A stretch of DNA of 64,000 nucleotides from an uncultured delta proteobacterium (GTDB lineage Bacteria; Desulfobacterota; Binatia; UBA9968). Shown one piece after another: positions 59,234 through 64,000 of this stretch; within the stretch, counting starts at the first letter, position 1; every line of letters starts with the position of its first letter. The notes under the pieces were generated by a model. The model ran no database searches, was not told where the DNA came from, and was given only the letters and a program-made list of their open reading frames with translations. Location of the stretch: contig CAWJBB010000040.1 in the NCBI GenBank assembly GCA_963840855.1, forward strand, positions 128,001 through 192,000. Reading direction: 5' to 3'. The translations under genes were made by a program, and so were the position numbers.

Positions 59234-60494
59234 ATGCTTCGCGAATTGAATCATGACGCCAAACTGCTCATGGCCTCGCGTGGGATCCGCGCCTTTGCGT
59301 TTTCCTATCTGAACGTCGTGTTCGCCATTTTTCTCGACCAGCTTGGCTACTCGACGGTCATGGTGGGGATCATCTTCTCCGTCGCCTACATCAGCAGCGC
59401 CGTCCTCACCGCCGTGTGGGGCTACTTATCCGATCGCTTCGGCCGGCGAAACATACTGATGCTGCTGGCCGTCCTGACCATCGTTTCCAACGGTATCTAT
59501 TTATTCTTCAGCGACTTGATTTTCATTTTGCTGGCCGTGGTACTCGCCAATGTCGGCTCGGGCGGCTCCGCCGGCGGAGGCCAGGGCGGCGGCCCTTTCA
59601 ACCCCGTCGAGGAAGCCTTGCTGGCGGAGAAATCCAGCCCGGAAAATCGAAATCAACTCTTCGCCGTGAACTCGTTTGTCGGCTCGGTTATGGGCTCCGT
59701 GGGCGCGCTCGCCACCGGCCTCCCGCAATATCTTCAGGAGCGCTGGGGATGGGAGCCGGTGTCGTCATACAAGCCGCTTTTCCTGCTGACGATCCTTTTC
59801 AGCGTGGCGCTGTTCTTCGTTTATCGCTGCCATCAGAGAGGAACACCAGCCGCAGAAAGCCGAAAAGAAGATCTCCAAATCCACCGGCGTCTTCGTGACC
59901 AAGATGTCCGTCTTGGCGTTTGTCGACAACTTTGGCGCCGGCCTAGCCGGGTCGCTGGTCTCCTACTGGTTCTTCCTGCGCTACGGTGTCGAGCTTAAGT
60001 CCCTCGGCGTCCTTTTCTTCGTTTCTTATTTTCTTGCCGCTCTGTCCTTCTTGAGCGCGCCGATCATCGCGCGCTATCTAGGGGTGGTGAAGACAATGGC
60101 CTTCTCCCACGGGCTGGCGTCGCTGATCTATCTCACCATCCCCCTCGCGCCGACTTTTTTTATCGCGGCAACCCTGCTCGCCATACGCTCCTACTTTGCC
60201 TACATGGACAACCCGCTGCGCTCGTCGTTTACCATGGCCATGGTGAAGTCCAGCGAGCGCGGCTCCGCCGCCGGTGTCACCAGCTTGGCCCGGGTTGTGC
60301 CTTTCGGCATCAGCCCCACCATCTCCACTTATCTGATGCAAAGCGTATCTTTGACTCTTCCCTTGTTTATCGGCGGCGGGTTACAACTGATCAACGACGT
60401 GGCGTTTTATCTGATGTTCCGCCATGTCCGTCCGCCCGAGGAACTCGGAACGGAACAGTTTAAAGTTCAAGGTTCAAAGTTCAAGGTTTTATGA
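59234..60494 (+). CDS. MFS transporter, tandem paralog (+1 indel near 59828)
   Basis: GYLSDRFGRR and GGGPFNPVEE; split over ORFs 59234-59998 and 59895-60494. Confidence 0.85.
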
Positions 60495-60543
60495 TTCGGA
60501 TTCGTTTCTATTCAGTCTGACCTTGAACCTTGAACATTGAACG
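60458..60543. repeat. GTTCAAN heptamer inverted repeat overlapping the MFS 3' end
   Basis: gtttaaagttcaaggttcaaagttcaagg...ccttgaaccttgaacattgaac. Confidence 0.8.
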
Positions 60544-60596
60544 CGCGGTATCGCACGGTGATCTTCGCTCGTGGTATAAGATGCTAAGATGACGCT

Positions 60597-60998
60597 ATGA
60601 AACGACCATCCCAGCCCACCGGCGCTGTTCCCCTATTTCAAAGACTCGCCGAACAACGCATTTTGGAAGCCCAACGCAAAGGCGAATTCGACGACTTGCC
60701 CGGCAAAGGCAAGCCGCTGGAATTGGAAGACCTGAGCTGGGTGCCGGACGATCTGCGCATCGGTTACAAGGTGCTCAAGAACGCCCGCGTCCTGCCGCCC
60801 GAAGTCGAACTGCTGAAAGATATCCACACCCTTGCGGACTTGTTAAAGCACGTCGAGGACGAAGGCGAGCGCAGCGCGCTAGCCAAGAGCATCCAGTGGA
60901 AGATGATTCACCTGGACATGCTCAAGCGGCGCTCCATGCCGCTCGGTTCCGTCAGGGAATACGGCCGGAAACTGGTCCGCAAGTTCGGCGGCAAATAA
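60597..60998 (+). CDS. DUF1992 (DnaJ-family-associated) protein
   Basis: AEQRI.EA..KGEFDDLPGKGKPL and LKNA..LPPEVEL. Confidence 0.9.
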   Translation: MKRPSQPTGAVPLFQRLAEQRILEAQRKGEFDDLPGKGKPLELEDLSWVPDDLRIGYKVLKNARVLPPEVELLKDIHTLADLLKHVEDEGERSALAKSIQWKMIHLDMLKRRSMPLGSVREYGRKLVRKFGGK

Positions 60999-61132
60999 GT
61001 CCGTCTCGACTCGCCCCCCTTTTTCTCCGCGTTATTTGTGCTTTGCCTTGGCATTTCTTCCGTGGTAGAAATCCCCTACCCTATAACCGCGGCGCCAGGG
61101 TAGCCGCGCATAATTAGAAAGGAGCAGTTTAT

Positions 61133-61642
61133 ATGGCGGACGAAAAAACTCCCATCAGAATTAAGAAAATCGGCCACGTGGTTTTCAGCGTGAAAGATAT
61201 CGAGGCCAGCACCAAGTTCTGGACCGAGATCATGGGATTCCGCGTCTCCGATCGCAACGAGCAGGGTATGGTATTTTTCCGCCATGCCACCGATCACCAC
61301 ACCATCGCGCTGGCGCCAGCCAATAAGGACGGTGAAGCTCCTCAGCACGGCCACCCCGGTTTCCATCATATCGCGTTTGAGGTGGCCACCGTGTCCGAGC
61401 TTTTCAAGATCCGGGACTTTATCCGTTCCAAAGGGCTAAAAATTATTTATGAAGGCCGGCGTGGACCGGGCGGTAACCCGGGCGTGGAATTCATCAGTCC
61501 CGACGGGTTCCAGGTGGAAGTCTACGCCGCCATGGATCAGATCGGCACCGATGGTCGCAGCCGTCCGGCGAACGAATGGAGCCGGGCCACGACGCTCGAG
61601 GAAGCCGTCAACAATCCGCTGCCCGGCACCGAGTATCACTAA
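61133..61642 (+). CDS. VOC family protein, paralog of 56456-57016
   Basis: GHVVF, FRVSD, DHH, HHIAFEV, EGRRG and LEEAVNNP. Confidence 0.9.
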   Translation: MADEKTPIRIKKIGHVVFSVKDIEASTKFWTEIMGFRVSDRNEQGMVFFRHATDHHTIALAPANKDGEAPQHGHPGFHHIAFEVATVSELFKIRDFIRSKGLKIIYEGRRGPGGNPGVEFISPDGFQVEVYAAMDQIGTDGRSRPANEWSRATTLEEAVNNPLPGTEYH

Positions 61643-61681
61643 GCCACCGCCCATCGTTCAATCCATCGGAAGCGGTGGCCA

Positions 61682-61748
61682 TAGTTTCTAGTTTCTGGTC
61701 TCTGGTTTCTAGTTGAAACAAGAAACTTGAAACTAGGAACTAGAAACT
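61682..61748. repeat. GTTTCTA heptamer inverted repeat
   Basis: tagtttctagtttctggtctctggtttct...agaaacttgaaactaggaactagaaact. Confidence 0.8.
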
Positions 61749-61765
61749 GTGAATTGAAAAGGCCA

Positions 61766-62864
61766 ATGATCTCCATCCGCCGCTTGCAAAAACGTTTCCA
61801 AGTAAGCGACGGCGTAGTCGCCGCCATTAAGTCCATCGATCTTGAAATCGCGGAAGGCGAGCTGTTCGTCATCGTCGGCGCCAGCGGTTCGGGCAAGACG
61901 ACTTTATTGCGCTGCATCGCGGGGCTGGAAACCCCGGACGGCGGTGAAATCCGCATCGCCGGAAAGGTCGTCTCATCCGATAATCCGCCTGCCTGGTTGC
62001 CGCCGCAGCAACGCAAGTTGGGAATGGTTTTTCAATCCTATGCCGTTTGGCCCCATTTGACGGTGTCGCAGAATATCGCGCTCCCTTTGGCCGAAGGATC
62101 GCAACGGGTGGCGCGCAGCGAGGTTGCCAGGCGGGTCAAAGAGGCGCTGCGCCTGGTTCAGCTTGAAGAACAGGCCGACCGCCCGGCGACGCTGTTAAGC
62201 GGCGGGCAACAACAGCGCGTCGCCCTCGCCCGCGCCGTCGCCGTAAATTCGCGCCTGCTTTTAATGGATGAGCCCCTGAGCAATCTCGACGCCCGCCTGC
62301 GCGAAGAGGTGCGCGGCAAGATCCGTGATCTGGCCAAACAGCTCGGCTCCACGGTGCTCTACGTTACCCACGACCAGGTGGAAGCCATGGCCATCGCCGA
62401 CAAAATCGCGCTGATGCAGGCCGGCGAACTCCTGCAGGTGGGCGCGCCCCAAGAGATCTATCACAAGCCCAACTGCGCCGATGTCGCGGAGTTCTTCGGT
62501 TCGGTCAATTGGTTCGACGGTGAGATCGTCGAATTGGGCATGGCGGCGTCGCCTTTGGGAAAACTGCGCGTCGAATGCTCATTACAAGCCGGGCGAGAAA
62601 ATTCTACTCGGCTTTCGCCCCGAGTGCCTGTTATTTACGAGCGGAGCAACCAACTGTGAACCCAATGTATTTGAAGCGAGGATCCGCTCGAGCACATTTC
62701 TGGGCGATCAGTTTCTTTTTACCGCCGTCGCCGGCGAGCGCCAGTTGACCGGCAAGAACCGCTCCGTGTCCGGCCAAAAAGACGGCGCCGTTACTCTGTG
62801 CGTGGCTCCCGCCGACATCATGGTGTTTCCGGCACGCGCCGCGCCCTCCATGGTCAACGCCTGA
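61766..62864 (+). CDS. ABC transporter ATP-binding protein (PotA/AfuC type); +1 indel near 62592
   Basis: GASGSGKT, LSGGQQQRVALARA, DEPLSNLD and VTHDQ; the TOBE-like tail is in a second frame. Confidence 0.9.
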
Positions 62865-62945
62865 AGCGGAGGTAGAGGTGATATTTTTAACATGGGAATG
62901 GTACTGAGCCGAATAGACCAACTTTTAACCCGGGAGGTTCAAAAT

Positions 62946-64000
62946 ATGTTGCAATTGAGAAGATCCGCGACGGCGCGGACGGTTTATTTTACGGCGGCAC
63001 TGCTGTTGGGCTTGTCTTTCATTCCTTGCTTATCGAGCGCTGCCACCCTTGGCGAAATCATCGAAGGCGCGAAAAAGGAAGGCAATCTGCGCGGCCAGTG
63101 GGGGCAGAATAGCTTCGGCGGCAGCGAGGGATTTCAGGAAATCCTTGCTGGGATGAACAAGAAATACAAACTCAATCTCAAAGGCCAGTACACGCCGGGT
63201 CCCGACATGCAGCGCCTCATGTTGCGCGTCATCCAGGAAGCGGCCGCGGGACAGCCCGCAAGCACCGATGTTTATCTGGGCAATTCTCAAGCGATCTTCG
63301 ACGGTCTCAAGGCTAATCTTTTTACGAACATGACTTTTGACAAGTTCATCGAGAACAAGCCCAAACCCGAGGGGAAATTTCAAGCCATCGCGCCGGCGGG
63401 CACCCACGTCGCTTTCGCGACCACCGTGGTGGGGATTCAATACAACTCGAGTCTGGTCAAGGGCAACGACATCCCGCGCAGGATGGCCGACGTGCTCAAC
63501 CCCAAATGGAAGGGCAAGATCGCGTCAACGCCCTACGCCGCCGGCCTCAGGGAATTCGCCACGCCGGACTTTCTGGGCCGCGAGAAGATGATCGACTACA
63601 CGAAAAAGCTGTCGAAGCAAATCGCGGGACTCATGCGCTGCGGCGAATCGGAGCGCATCACCAGCGGCGAGTTCTTGATGCTGGTTTACACCTGCGGCGG
63701 CAACGACGTAAATGTGCTCAAGCGCACCGGCGCGCCGGTGGCTCACACGGTCGTGGAAGAGGGCACAGTCCTGCACATGAGATACGCCGCCATTCCGAAA
63801 AACTCCCGCGCGCCCAACATCGGCGCGCTCTTGATCGACTATCTCCTGTCCGCGGAAGGACAAGACATGCTCTGGAAGCATGACGGCATGGACCTGCATC
63901 TGTTTCCCGGCTCCCAGACTAAACGGGAGCTCGATATTTTGCGGGCGGCCAAAGGGAAGGTCGTCACCAGCTCGCCGGAATGGCTGGCGTCCTCTAAGAA
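62946..64000 (+). CDS. ABC transporter substrate-binding protein, runs off the window end
   Basis: RBS ggagg; manual translation MLQLRRS...IIEGAKKEGNL; YNSSLV and LNPKWKGKI further downstream. Confidence 0.85.
   Translation, partial: MLQLRRSATARTVYFTAALLLGLSFIPCLSSAATLGEIIEGAKKEGNLRGQWGQNSFGGSEGFQEILAGMNKKYKLNLKGQYTPGPDMQRLMLRVIQEAAAGQPASTDVYLGNSQAIFDGLKANLFTNMTFDKFIENKPKPEGKFQAIAPAGTHVAFATTVVGIQYNSSLVKGNDIPRRMADVLNPKWKGKIASTPYAAGLREFATPDFLGREKMIDYTKKLSKQIAGLMRCGESERITSGEFLMLVYTCGGNDVNVLKRTGAPVAHTVVEEGTVLHMRYAAIPKNSRAPNIGALLIDYLLSAEGQDMLWKHDGMDLHLFPGSQTKRELDILRAAKGKVVTSSPEWLASSK

Noticed and set aside
26-61748. CRISPR array from the GTTCAA/TTGAAC repeats
   Set aside because: Units are 7-9 nt, degenerate and inverted, with no 30-40 nt unique spacers and no cas genes
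174-62864. Frameshifts in the CHRD, MCO, CoxM-like, three MFS, M24, isochorismatase and ABC ATPase genes as programmed frameshifting, phase variation or mass pseudogenisation
   Set aside because: Nearly all are isolated single-base (mostly +1) indels in otherwise undamaged genes, with no slippery heptamers or long SSR tracts. Long-read error is the simplest explanation; read polishing would decide.

Overview
A 64-kb, moderately GC-rich bacterial chromosomal window. No rRNA, tRNA, CRISPR array or prophage was recognised. The host looks like a soil Deltaproteobacteria-like lineage such as Candidatus Binatia. This is an inference from the expanded ABC substrate-binding, amidohydrolase and Mo-hydroxylase families and the intergenic repeats. 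The left part (about 1-29 kb) is a plasticity zone. It holds an apparently intact 1290-aa Apaf-1-like TIR/NB-ARC/WD40 protein, a dead RAYT/Y1 transposase, a PIN toxin-antitoxin pair, a MASE1-CHASE-PAS kinase with a NarL-type regulator, a PilZ protein, several secreted proteins (CHRD, beta-helix, a multicopper oxidase with reversed Cu-motif order) and a Tat-exported Mo-oxidoreductase. It also holds about ten short gene remnants and three separate families of duplicated 110-255 bp promoter/leader modules, two of them in front of unrelated genes. The right part (about 29-64 kb) is a catabolic/transport region: a CoxSLM-like Mo-hydroxylase, amidohydrolase, thiol dioxygenase plus four-domain rhodanese, DapA-like aldolase, six MFS carriers, a peptide-type ABC cluster, alpha/beta hydrolases, a non-canonical M24 enzyme, isochorismatase, two VOC proteins, DUF1152 and an Fe3+/polyamine-type ABC system. 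Many intergenic spacers carry 7- or 9-mer tandem-within-inverted repeats. About nine otherwise intact genes have isolated single-base indels, mostly +1, which most likely reflect long-read sequencing error.
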